Below are positions 7,857 through 16,647 of a stretch of DNA of 34,405 nucleotides, one piece after another. A program made the position numbers and the translations under genes. The notes beneath the pieces are model-generated. The model did not search any database. It was given only the letters and a program-made list of their open reading frames with translations, and was not told where the DNA came from. Source of the stretch: a virus (taxonomy: Duplodnaviria > Caudoviricetes). The stretch covers positions 1 through 34,405 of IMG/VR virus record IMGVR_UViG_3300025387_000046; one strand, given 5' to 3'. The stretch's first letter is position 1. Each line of letters begins with the position of its first letter.

Positions 7857-8140
7857 AGCCCAAGCCAATTTTGGAACGAGACCTTGAGGGGTACTTTGCC
7901 AAGCAGTGTAAGAAAAAAGGTTTAATGACTTTAAAGCTTAATGTGCGTTTCAGTCGTGGTTGGCCCGATCGTATTGTTGTTTTGGAAAATGGCCAAGTGA
8001 TGTGGGTTGAGCTTAAAAGACCAGATGGTAAGTTATCACCACTTCAAATTAAGGTGCATCTTGAGCTTCATAAGTGGAAGCAAGAAGTGTATGTGGTAGA
8101 TTCTAAAGAGGGGATAGATAATGTTTTGGGAACCGCATGA
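7844..8140 (+). CDS. VRR-NUC domain endonuclease
   Basis: E..LE, GWPDR, VELKRPDGKLSPLQ motifs. Confidence 0.9.
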   Translation: MQMVKPKPILERDLEGYFAKQCKKKGLMTLKLNVRFSRGWPDRIVVLENGQVMWVELKRPDGKLSPLQIKVHLELHKWKQEVYVVDSKEGIDNVLGTA

Positions 8141-9506
8141 ATATCAAAAGGAAGCGGTTAAGTTTTTAATTGAGCGAGGCTCGGCCGCGCTTTGGCTTGA
8201 CCCCGGGCTTGGCAAAACTGCCATTGTCCTTTCAGCCTTTAAGGTCTTAAAAGCTAAAGGGCTTATTAATAAAATGCTGGTCCTGGCTCCCCTTAGGCCT
8301 ACATACGCCGTGTGGCCTACCGAGGTTAAAAAGTGGGAACAGTTTGAAAATCTATCCGTCGGTGTTTTGCATGGCGGTAAAAAAGATAAAGTGCTAAGAC
8401 AAAACCATGACATTTATGTTATGAACTTTGAAGGCCTACGCTGGCTATCAAGCAAATTAAATGGCAAACAATGGATCTTTGACATGCTAGTCGTGGATGA
8501 GATTAGCTATTTAAAGAACACGCAAACACAAAGATTTAAAACACTAAAGCCAGTACTAAATAAGTTTAAACGCCGCTGGGGCCTCACTGGATCCCCCGCT
8601 CCCAATAGCCTGTTGGATATATTTGGACCACAGCTTATAATTGACCAGGGGGCCACCTTTGGACCCTACATATCACATTTTAGGTCTGAGTTCTTTTATC
8701 CCTCGGGGTTCAATGGCTATGAATGGAAGTTAAAGCAAGATGGAGAAAAACGAATTCAAGAAAAGTTGGACGGTAAAGTTCTTCGGATGGCAGCTCTTGA
8801 TCATCTTGACTTACCTGAGTTGGCCTACAACAACATCTATGTCGAGCTCCCGGCTTCGGCACGTAAAGTTTACGACGCATTTGAAAAAGCTTTGACCATA
8901 GATATAGAGCAAGGCACGATCACTGCGGCCAACGCCGCCATCGCAGTCATGAAGGGCCAACAAATTGCCAATGGTGGTTCATACCTAGATGGAGAGGAGC
9001 GTGAAATACTTAAAATTCATGATACAAAGACTGAGGCTGTATTGGATCTTGTTGAGGAATTATCAGGAGATCCTTGCATTATCGGATACCACTTTGCCCA
9101 TGACCTTGATAGGCTTCAAAAGGCGTTTCCTGCTGCACCTGTTATTGGTTCGGGCGTGGTTGGCAATAAACTTGATGCTATTGTTAATGCTTGGAACGCC
9201 GGGGAAATACCGGTTTTATTGGCGCACCCAATGTCAGCAGGTCATGGTCTTAACCTTCAAGGCTCAGGCCATGCTGTTATATGGTACTCCTTGACTTGGT
9301 CACTCGAGGTATATGAACAATTTATTCGTAGGCTTTGGCGACAGGGTCAGAAAAACAGAATTATGGTCCATCATATTATTGCAAAAGATACGGTGGATGA
9401 AGCCATAATACAAGCGGTCAAACGCAAAGACAAGACTCAACAAAACTTGTTAAACGCTGTGCGTGACTACATCAATCGTGATACAATAGCTTCTATTGAT
9501 ATTTGA
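8121..9506 (+). CDS. SNF2-family helicase
   Basis: YQ, GLGKT, DEIS, LTGSP, GHGLNLQ and Q..RRL.RQGQ motifs. Confidence 0.95.
   Translation: MFWEPHEYQKEAVKFLIERGSAALWLDPGLGKTAIVLSAFKVLKAKGLINKMLVLAPLRPTYAVWPTEVKKWEQFENLSVGVLHGGKKDKVLRQNHDIYVMNFEGLRWLSSKLNGKQWIFDMLVVDEISYLKNTQTQRFKTLKPVLNKFKRRWGLTGSPAPNSLLDIFGPQLIIDQGATFGPYISHFRSEFFYPSGFNGYEWKLKQDGEKRIQEKLDGKVLRMAALDHLDLPELAYNNIYVELPASARKVYDAFEKALTIDIEQGTITAANAAIAVMKGQQIANGGSYLDGEEREILKIHDTKTEAVLDLVEELSGDPCIIGYHFAHDLDRLQKAFPAAPVIGSGVVGNKLDAIVNAWNAGEIPVLLAHPMSAGHGLNLQGSGHAVIWYSLTWSLEVYEQFIRRLWRQGQKNRIMVHHIIAKDTVDEAIIQAVKRKDKTQQNLLNAVRDYINRDTIASIDI
9479..9487 (+). promoter_or_regulatory. putative extended -10 promoter for the modification operon
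   Basis: TG-A-TACAAT inside the helicase 3' end, about 30 nt before ATG 9517 with a GAAAGGA RBS. Confidence 0.35.
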
Positions 9507-9516
9507 AAGGAAACAT

Positions 9517-9720
9517 ATGAAGCCTGATTTTTTTAAATCCATCATCGCTGTCTTAGTTAAAGACAACCCCAAACGTAAAAACACAAACGCATTTACAAGG
9601 TTTGCGCTGTACAAAAGCGGTATGACCGTGGATGAGTATATTGCTGCCGGGGGCAAATTAGCCGACATTAAACATGACGTAGCTAATGAGTTTATCAGCG
9701 TAACCACAAAAGGCGTGTAA
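9517..9720 (+). CDS. small basic hypothetical protein (67 aa), possibly DNA-binding
   Basis: Start moved to ATG 9517 after GAAAGGA; NPKRK...RF..Y..GMTV.EY...GG...DI..D pattern. Confidence 0.7.
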   Translation: MKPDFFKSIIAVLVKDNPKRKNTNAFTRFALYKSGMTVDEYIAAGGKLADIKHDVANEFISVTTKGV

Positions 9721-10622
9721 TGAATATACTTATTACCGGCGTAACCGAGACGCACACTAACCATCCACAACGCGCCAAGTCAACTAAGTTTGTCTCTATT
9801 CCCGAGCTCATGGCAGATGGGTATGGAAGATTGGGGCATTACGTTGAGCATAGACCCGTTACAATAGGCGAGGATTTATCCAGGTATGATAAAGTCTTTG
9901 TGTATCTTTATCCTTTGGATGGCAACGCCATTTTACCAGATAGTGCCCTTTACGCATTAGAAAAAAGACCTGACGCGTATATATGCTTGGATGACTGGGC
10001 TTTTCAAAAGATCTTACCTTCATGGAAAGATAAAATTGACCCTGAAGAGCTTACAGCTCGCACCTGGATTGCGCCCTTATTCCCTTGGGGTGATGTTAAA
10101 AAGATGAACCTACCTGTAGAAAAGATTCTACCCTGGGACCCGTCATCACTTTACACCATGCCCCCTGTATATAAATTAAGCTGGAGGCAACGCAAACAAT
10201 CGTGGTATAACGCATCATTATCAAAGGAATCACATGAATGGGCCAGCGCTCAAGGCCTTAAGTGGCCTGTATATTCAGTTGGAGGTAAATCTCTCGGACA
10301 AACAAGGGTATTGGAAAGTGATGTTGTATGGGAGTATGGGTCTTACCGTGGAGTTTTATGTCCAACCTACGCTCATGCAGGGTGTGGATGGTGGAGAGTT
10401 CGGTATTTGCACGCTGCAGCTGCCGGATCTCTCCTCGGCGGCAACCCAGTTGAACTAGGCATGATTGGTGAGTCTTATAGCTTTACACTACATACGTTGG
10501 AAGATATGTATGACACAGACTTGGAGTACTTGGCCAATCAACAAGCGTTGGAGCTTAAAACCGATACTCTAAAAACCACAATTACTAAATTAGAAAGCTT
10601 TATAAATGATCATAATTCTTGA
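9720..10622 (+). CDS. putative GT-B-fold (beta-glucosyltransferase-like) DNA glycosyltransferase
   Basis: Rossmann-type start MNILITG, L...Y..LGH.V, DLSRYDKVFV, and a C-terminal Y..Y.GVL.P.Y.....WW..RY..AA..G segment resembling GT-B donor-binding domains. Operon context supports the call. Confidence 0.5.
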   Translation: MNILITGVTETHTNHPQRAKSTKFVSIPELMADGYGRLGHYVEHRPVTIGEDLSRYDKVFVYLYPLDGNAILPDSALYALEKRPDAYICLDDWAFQKILPSWKDKIDPEELTARTWIAPLFPWGDVKKMNLPVEKILPWDPSSLYTMPPVYKLSWRQRKQSWYNASLSKESHEWASAQGLKWPVYSVGGKSLGQTRVLESDVVWEYGSYRGVLCPTYAHAGCGWWRVRYLHAAAAGSLLGGNPVELGMIGESYSFTLHTLEDMYDTDLEYLANQQALELKTDTLKTTITKLESFINDHNS

Positions 10623-11538
10623 GGGTCCAGATGGCGCGGGTAAAACCACGTTGGCTGAGACATTACGACAAAAGTTGCAAGGCAACAAGCTGGTGCATAT
10701 TGTCAAGCATGGCCCATACAAAGATTTAGAGCCCGAGCATTTATGCAAGATCTATTTTCGAGGTATGACCCCGGCTTTAACCCATGATGATATTGTCATT
10801 ATGGATAGGTCTTGGCTGTCTGAGCCTATTTATGGCAGTGTGTACAGAGATGGGGCTAATCGTATGGATAAGCCAAGACAGCGCATGTTGGAAAGAGCTG
10901 CCCTATCAAGGGGTGTTGTAGTCATTAATTGTTTGCCTGAGTATGAGGTATGCTTAAAAACATTTACCGGTAGAATGGAGGATGAGTACCTTGATAATGC
11001 TAAGCAACTACAACAGGTTTATCAAGAGTATGAAATGTTAGACATTAATACTTGTATGCCTGTTTTGCAATATGATTACATGCATGACACCGTGGATGAT
11101 CTTATTTATAACATACGCAACACGTCCATAGATAATAAGGCCAGTGGTGGTGGATGCTTTAATGAGGGGAATATCCTTATGCTTTGTGATAAGGGCCCCA
11201 GAACCAACGTACGTGACACCGCGGTGGTTATTCCCTTCATTAACTTCCTTGACAATGATGGGCCTAGTAGAATGTTGGCCACCGCTTTGGAGCAGGAAGG
11301 CATCAACGAGTCCGATATTTACTGGATTAATACTCAGACTTATCAAGGCGCGCCTTTAGACCCTGGGTTTTTAAAAGATCTTAACCCTGGCAAAATCTAT
11401 GCTCTTGGCAACAACGCCTATACCTGGGCTTTAAACAATCACATTAAAGTGATTAAACTTCCTCCTCCATTGCATCACATGCAGTATTACCCCGATGAAC
11501 CTTACCGCATTACAGGATTAAACCATGGAAATTTCTAG
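10606..11538 (+). CDS. dNMP (thymidylate-like) kinase fused to a degenerate UDG-like domain
   Basis: N-terminal IIILEGPDGAGKTT and DRSWLSE.IYG. C-terminal ILML.D..P..PF.....L..AL...GI..IYWIN...LNP.KIYALGN.A resembles the uracil-DNA glycosylase fold. Confidence 0.8.
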   Translation: MIIILEGPDGAGKTTLAETLRQKLQGNKLVHIVKHGPYKDLEPEHLCKIYFRGMTPALTHDDIVIMDRSWLSEPIYGSVYRDGANRMDKPRQRMLERAALSRGVVVINCLPEYEVCLKTFTGRMEDEYLDNAKQLQQVYQEYEMLDINTCMPVLQYDYMHDTVDDLIYNIRNTSIDNKASGGGCFNEGNILMLCDKGPRTNVRDTAVVIPFINFLDNDGPSRMLATALEQEGINESDIYWINTQTYQGAPLDPGFLKDLNPGKIYALGNNAYTWALNNHIKVIKLPPPLHHMQYYPDEPYRITGLNHGNF

Positions 11539-12310
11539 AATCAATCGTGAAGAAGACCTTATCTACTTATACCGCGCGCTTGAAAAAGACGGTGTGTGGA
11601 CAAGCCCCAGAGGTGAAAAGACACTTGAAATTGAAAACTTTACTTATTCCGTTGCCCCATTTGTGCGCTTTAATTCTTTTGCTGGAAGAAATTTCAACCT
11701 AACGTATCTTAAGCGTGAAATGGCTTGGTATCTCCGAGCCGATCCTACTGATTTATCTATTGCGGAGCATGCAGCTCAGTGGGGAAAAATCGTCGCCAAT
11801 GGAAAGCTTAATAGCAACTATGGGTCTTACTGGTTTGGTAAATACGGTGTCAAATATATTATAGCTATACTTCAAAAAGATGCTATGTCCCGGCGCGCAG
11901 TGATTCCTATGTACGGCACCGACATAGATCATATGGACCTTGACGCTAAGGATGTGCCTTGTACATTGGCCATAGAGTTCAGGCTTAGAGATGGATATTT
12001 ACATGCACGAGCCATTATGCGGTCACAGGATATTCTTTGGGGCATGGGGAATGACTTGCCTACTTTTAGCTTTTTACAAGAAATTGTGGCCGTACTTTTA
12101 AACGCCAATGTAGGCACACTCACAATCTCGGTTGGATCTTTCCACGTGTATGAATCACGCATTCATATGTTTCACTCAATACTAAGCCAAAGCAAGCATG
12201 AGGCTATTAAAGACAAGCCGCCACGCATCAGCCGGTATGAAGCTCATAATCTTATTGAGCACTCCATTAACCCAACATTTGAGTTCTCAAGATGGCTACA
12301 GAACATTTAG
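11525..12310 (+). CDS. thymidylate-synthase homologue, dCMP hydroxymethylase-like
   Basis: SPRG.KT.E, EMAWY, NSNYG, SRRA, catalytic PC (Cys146), MRSQD, HVYE; Asp177 (GND) at the dUMP/dCMP specificity position. Confidence 0.85.
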   Translation: MEISRINREEDLIYLYRALEKDGVWTSPRGEKTLEIENFTYSVAPFVRFNSFAGRNFNLTYLKREMAWYLRADPTDLSIAEHAAQWGKIVANGKLNSNYGSYWFGKYGVKYIIAILQKDAMSRRAVIPMYGTDIDHMDLDAKDVPCTLAIEFRLRDGYLHARAIMRSQDILWGMGNDLPTFSFLQEIVAVLLNANVGTLTISVGSFHVYESRIHMFHSILSQSKHEAIKDKPPRISRYEAHNLIEHSINPTFEFSRWLQNI

Positions 12311-12471
12311 ATAGGGGCTCAGAGGCCCTGCTTCGTGATTTTGTGATGGGTCTATTAAGACAAAACACTCCAATGACTGAGATCATTACAGCCTTGCAGG
12401 TTATTAAGGTAGAAATGCTGGCTGTAACGAGGTACCAAGACGCAATCAACGACGCCAATCAACGGCCCTAA
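12292..12471 (+). CDS. hypothetical protein (59 aa)
   Basis: Manual ORF MATEHLDRGSEALLRDFVMGLL...ANQRP*; fills the gap on the coding strand. Confidence 0.55.
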   Translation: MATEHLDRGSEALLRDFVMGLLRQNTPMTEIITALQVIKVEMLAVTRYQDAINDANQRP

Positions 12472-12479
12472 GGAACACC

Positions 12480-12698
12480 ATGGAAGAAATTAAATTAGAT
12501 GTAGTTAAGCGGACCTACTTGGATTGGCTTAAACTATTAAAGTACACCAATAATGAGCATATGCTTAAGGACCCATACAACATATGGGTTGAGGCTTTTC
12601 ATGTAGGCGCTATTCTGGGGGATTCTGCTTCCCCATCAGAGAAGTATAACCTAGATAAGCTGATCCAGGAAGCGCGGTCAAAGCCCCAGCAGCCTTAA
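12480..12698 (+). CDS. hypothetical protein
   Basis: 72-aa ORF with AAGGA RBS; last gene of the + arm; overlaps the convergent gene. Confidence 0.65.
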   Translation: MEEIKLDVVKRTYLDWLKLLKYTNNEHMLKDPYNIWVEAFHVGAILGDSASPSEKYNLDKLIQEARSKPQQP

Positions 12699-13923
12699 CT
12701 CTAACATTAGGCACAGACATTAAAGCACCGCCTAGCCCAACCGATCCATGGGCTAGCATGTTTTTATAGTGCTGCATTCTTGCTTCGGCGTCTTCTTTTT
12801 CAGCTTGTGCAGCGTGATACTCTTTAGCAGCGTTAGCAAATTCTTCACCTGCAATGCCGCCAGTAAGTACATTTAAGCCCGGGATGCTGCTAAGTGTTCT
12901 ACCAAAAGAAGTTAATGGGCCACGGCTTTGTTGCTCAAGCGCTAGCTTATCCGCAGCTTTATTTGCGTTTTCTGCTGCAGTGCTGGCAAGATTTTTTGTA
13001 CGAGCTTTAACTTGAGGCGTTTTAAGATGCGCGTCTCTCTCTGCAATAGCGTTATCAAGCAAAGATTGTGAAGTAATATGCGCTGTTTTTGCAGCTTTAA
13101 GTCTATTGACTGCAGTTTGTTGCTGAGGATTATAAAAAGGTCCTGTACTTTCTAAAGATGCAGGAATAGCTAAGCCTGTTCTAGATGCTTTATATTCACT
13201 TGGCAGTGTTTTCTCTAATTGATAATTAGCAGCAGCTTCAGCCGTTGATGTACCACCAGGGCCTTGACCGCCAGTTGCGCCTGATGTATTTTTACCTTTG
13301 GCAATGTCTTCTATGTTTTTAGACCCAAAAGCCCATTTGTCACCTGTGGCTTGTACGCCTTCTGGAAGTATACTATTAGGGTCAATACCTGTTTTTCTTG
13401 CAAGACTTTCAGCAAATTTTAGTTCATTCTCAGTTGCTTTATGCGTAGTGGTTGCTTTTACTAAAGAATCAAAAATGCGGTCTGAGATCTTTCTATGCTC
13501 GGCAGCTTCAAGAAGCGCGTTATCAGCAAGTCTAGATGCTGACTTTTGCATAAGAAGATTTTCAGTTTTAGCTTTATTAAAGCCAATATCATTAAATACT
13601 TGTTTAGGAACTGCCCTATTTAAAACGTATGAAGCCGCGGCCCCGGCAATTGCAGGATTGTTTTCTGGGCTTAAAAAGTCAAAATTAAGACCTTCATCAG
13701 TAGGCGTATAGGCTTTTTTTGTTTTTGCTCCAGGCGCGTTAGGCGGAGGCGCCGCAGCAGGCGCTGCCAATCTAGGGTCAATATCTTCTAATCTAAGTTG
13801 CGTGCCGGTTTCATTAGCAACAGCAGGTTTGCCGCCCATAATAGAAGTTGCGGGCGCTTGTGGAGGATTGGCAGGTGTACCGCCAAGTCTAGGGTCAATG
13901 TCTGAGAGTGATAATGTAGTCAT
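12610..13923 (-). CDS. putative internal virion / DNA ejection protein
   Basis: 437 aa, Ala-rich helical; L.L.DIDPRL repeated twice at the N-terminus; last gene of the virion operon. Confidence 0.55.
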   Translation of the reverse strand: MTTLSLSDIDPRLGGTPANPPQAPATSIMGGKPAVANETGTQLRLEDIDPRLAAPAAAPPPNAPGAKTKKAYTPTDEGLNFDFLSPENNPAIAGAAASYVLNRAVPKQVFNDIGFNKAKTENLLMQKSASRLADNALLEAAEHRKISDRIFDSLVKATTTHKATENELKFAESLARKTGIDPNSILPEGVQATGDKWAFGSKNIEDIAKGKNTSGATGGQGPGGTSTAEAAANYQLEKTLPSEYKASRTGLAIPASLESTGPFYNPQQQTAVNRLKAAKTAHITSQSLLDNAIAERDAHLKTPQVKARTKNLASTAAENANKAADKLALEQQSRGPLTSFGRTLSSIPGLNVLTGGIAGEEFANAAKEYHAAQAEKEDAEARMQHYKNMLAHGSVGLGGALMSVPNVRVKAAGALTALPGSAYLGYTSLMGKQNPPE

Positions 13924-15371
13924 TAAGGTCTCGTGTAAAGAGGTGAACGCTGCAACATTTGGTCATACAAAGGCTTGTAGGTATTCATTGTTTCAGTGTA
14001 ATATGGGTGATCAAAGAATCGTTGTGGGCTTACGTCATTTCCAAACTCTTTGCTAAATTTTTGATTAGCATTAAATAAAGCTGCACGATGATGATTGACC
14101 AATAACCCATGTTGAGCCCAATATTTAATTGCATCTGCAGAGTCTTGCGGTGTTGCACCAAACGCAGCTTGACCTGCCTGTACATCAGCATTGGAAATTG
14201 CAGGTCCTAGTGTTGATTTATAAGATTTAAATCTATCCAAGAATTCTGCTTTCATAAGAGATGCAACTCTTGCAGCGTCTCTTTGATCTGCATCTTTAAG
14301 ATTTAATGACTTAACAAACGTTTCCACAGGAAGACTGATATTGCCAAACTGCCCCATGGTTGCGCCTTCTTGCGCCGCGTTTGCAAAAGCCGAAAACAAA
14401 CCTTGCTTTTTAAGAAGGCCTACAACATGTGGCTTTTTATCTAAAATGTCATATATTTCTTTTAAGCGATTATTTGACTCATTAATAACTTGATCATCCC
14501 ACTGCGCAATGCCTGCACGCTTTTCATGGAAAGGCTTATCCTCGGTTTCAATTCTTTGCTTAGCAATCTCGCCTCTTGTAGCCCAAGGCAAATTCTCTTC
14601 AATATTATTTTGCGCAACGGGCTTAGGTGCTGCAACTGGCATAGGGGCAGTAGCTGGAGTAGGTGCAGCCCCAGGAGTAGGCATAGCAGCTGGTGTAGGA
14701 GTAGCAGTTGGCGCTGGTGCAGCCACAGGAGCAGGTGCAGTCCCTTGCCCTTCAAATTGCATAGACGCAGGCAATGCTTTAGGGTTAATCACCGATAGCA
14801 CTTTGTCTTTACCATACTTACCTATTAAATCTGCAATGCTTGTGCCTGCTTTAAGATCTTCAGTCACTGCTTGTTTGGTCTTTAACTCCATATCAAAGAC
14901 GTTTTTAACAATTGACCCTATTTTAGGTGACAAATACTCTGTAGCAGCTAAAAGTTCAGGCGTAACTCTAGAAATTGCATTGGATGGCAAAGTCCCATTT
15001 GTTAAATGAGTTGCTAAAGTTTGAGTATTTGTACCCATGGCGTCGGCCAATAAACCTAAAGCCTTGCTTTCATTCTTAACTTGATATTGTTGCCCCGCCA
15101 CCTGAGCTCGCATCATAGCAATAGTAGGTTCTTGCTCTTCTTGCTTTTCTTGTTGACGGCCTAACTCCTCGGCAGCTCCACCAAAGCCTTCATACGCATT
15201 CCCCGTCCGCCCTGGTTGAAGTAACTTTCCTGCTATTGAAAACCAATTTGTTTTATTTCTACCTTCCAAAGAAGATAGCACTTTTTGTAAAGCTTGCGTG
15301 TATTCTTGTGACGCATCAGGGTCCCCTGCAAGGCCAGTAGGGAGTGCTGGAAGTGCTGTTGGAAGTGCCAT
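13923..15371 (-). CDS. putative internal virion / DNA ejection protein
   Basis: 482 aa, helical with a PA/PT-rich linker; G.ISNAD motif; position in the ejection cluster. Confidence 0.55.
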   Translation of the reverse strand: MALPTALPALPTGLAGDPDASQEYTQALQKVLSSLEGRNKTNWFSIAGKLLQPGRTGNAYEGFGGAAEELGRQQEKQEEQEPTIAMMRAQVAGQQYQVKNESKALGLLADAMGTNTQTLATHLTNGTLPSNAISRVTPELLAATEYLSPKIGSIVKNVFDMELKTKQAVTEDLKAGTSIADLIGKYGKDKVLSVINPKALPASMQFEGQGTAPAPVAAPAPTATPTPAAMPTPGAAPTPATAPMPVAAPKPVAQNNIEENLPWATRGEIAKQRIETEDKPFHEKRAGIAQWDDQVINESNNRLKEIYDILDKKPHVVGLLKKQGLFSAFANAAQEGATMGQFGNISLPVETFVKSLNLKDADQRDAARVASLMKAEFLDRFKSYKSTLGPAISNADVQAGQAAFGATPQDSADAIKYWAQHGLLVNHHRAALFNANQKFSKEFGNDVSPQRFFDHPYYTETMNTYKPLYDQMLQRSPLYTRP

Positions 15372-15372
15372 A

Positions 15373-16647
15373 TTAATCTACCTTTTTAGTTTTGCTGCTT
15401 CTCTTCGTCTTTTTAGGCGTACTTGTTATCTCTTCAGGCATTACAATTTGACCCCCCTCAGAGTGAGATGTATTCATGTTTGTAAGAGAGGTACCGCCAG
15501 TTAACCATTTACTAATTCCACTTATACCTTGGCCAAACAAGCCTTGTGTTGATGGGACGTAGTTAGCACTGTTTGGCGCGCCTGATGCAGGAGTTCCAAA
15601 TAACATTGAGCCCAAGTTTGTATTACTAACACCAGCAGCCAACGCGCCAAGACCTGCAATTTGTTGCAAGGGCGACGCTTGATAGGCGCCGGGAATAGGC
15701 CCGGTGTATGTGCTTGAAGTGCCCGTTGGGATTGAGTACCCTCTAAGCAAAGCGGACTCATTGGTTAGCTGTTGCATTGGGAATAGCTGCTGGTTTTGCG
15801 CAATAGTTTGTTGTTGTCCACCTAAGGTTGCCAAAGCATTCACATCATTTAAACCAAGATTTTGCGTTTGACCTGCAAGTGAGGCTGATGCGTTGCCTGC
15901 GTTTAATTGATTAGCAGCTTGCTGTGAGGCAAGAGCCCCTAGGTTTTGACCTGCTGTCAATTGATTTTGAGCTTGTGCGTTTGTAAATTGCCCCGCTGTT
16001 TGCCCTAATTGCCCATACAGATTTGCTTGATTTTGCGCGGCTTGTAATGCAGTGTTATACCCTGATTCCAAAGCTTGTGATTGTTGGCCTGTAATACCTA
16101 AAGCGGCATTGGAAAGTACATCACCTAAAGCCCCAACACCTCTTTGTGATCCAAATTGGCCACTGCCTACAATGCCCGCCGTTGCCTGTGGGGCCAAGAC
16201 ATTAGCAATGTTGTTTTGCCCTAACGCGCCAATGGAGTTCACCACGCTTTGCGTATAAGGAGACATAAAGTTGCCAACAGTGTTGTATGTTGGGTTTGCT
16301 GCGGCATTCAAATAAGGGTTTGCTGCAGCTAAAGGCGATGCACTAGCACCAGCATTAATCAACCCACTACCCGCCCCGTATATATTTGTGTTACCTGCTT
16401 GATTGACCAAGTTTTGAGCTTGATTGAGCGCGGGTTGGTAATTTCCAACATTTTGTCCAACTTGGTTAAAAGCTTGTTGCTGTAGGGGTTGTGCGCCAAC
16501 ATACTGCGAGTTGGTAGCAGCGTTTTGCCCCTGCGTTGCAAGATTGTTTAAATAGTCAGTATAAAAACCGGGAGCAGTTGTTTGCTGGTTTTGTGTGGTT
16601 GTTATATTAGGTAAAGGAGCGCCTTGCGTGAAGGATGAAGTGGTCAT
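15373..16647 (-). CDS. putative DNA pilot / ejection protein
   Basis: 424 aa, Q/A/G/N-rich; FMSPYTQSVV and GQFGSQR motifs; C-terminal SPLQQIAGLGALAAG. Confidence 0.65.
   Translation of the reverse strand: MTTSSFTQGAPLPNITTTQNQQTTAPGFYTDYLNNLATQGQNAATNSQYVGAQPLQQQAFNQVGQNVGNYQPALNQAQNLVNQAGNTNIYGAGSGLINAGASASPLAAANPYLNAAANPTYNTVGNFMSPYTQSVVNSIGALGQNNIANVLAPQATAGIVGSGQFGSQRGVGALGDVLSNAALGITGQQSQALESGYNTALQAAQNQANLYGQLGQTAGQFTNAQAQNQLTAGQNLGALASQQAANQLNAGNASASLAGQTQNLGLNDVNALATLGGQQQTIAQNQQLFPMQQLTNESALLRGYSIPTGTSSTYTGPIPGAYQASPLQQIAGLGALAAGVSNTNLGSMLFGTPASGAPNSANYVPSTQGLFGQGISGISKWLTGGTSLTNMNTSHSEGGQIVMPEEITSTPKKTKRSSKTKKVD

Noticed and set aside
11525-12310. Ordinary ThyA thymidylate synthase
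   Set aside because: Asp rather than Asn at the specificity position, the NSNYG motif and the kinase/transferase context favour a dCMP-modifying enzyme. ThyA activity is not formally excluded.
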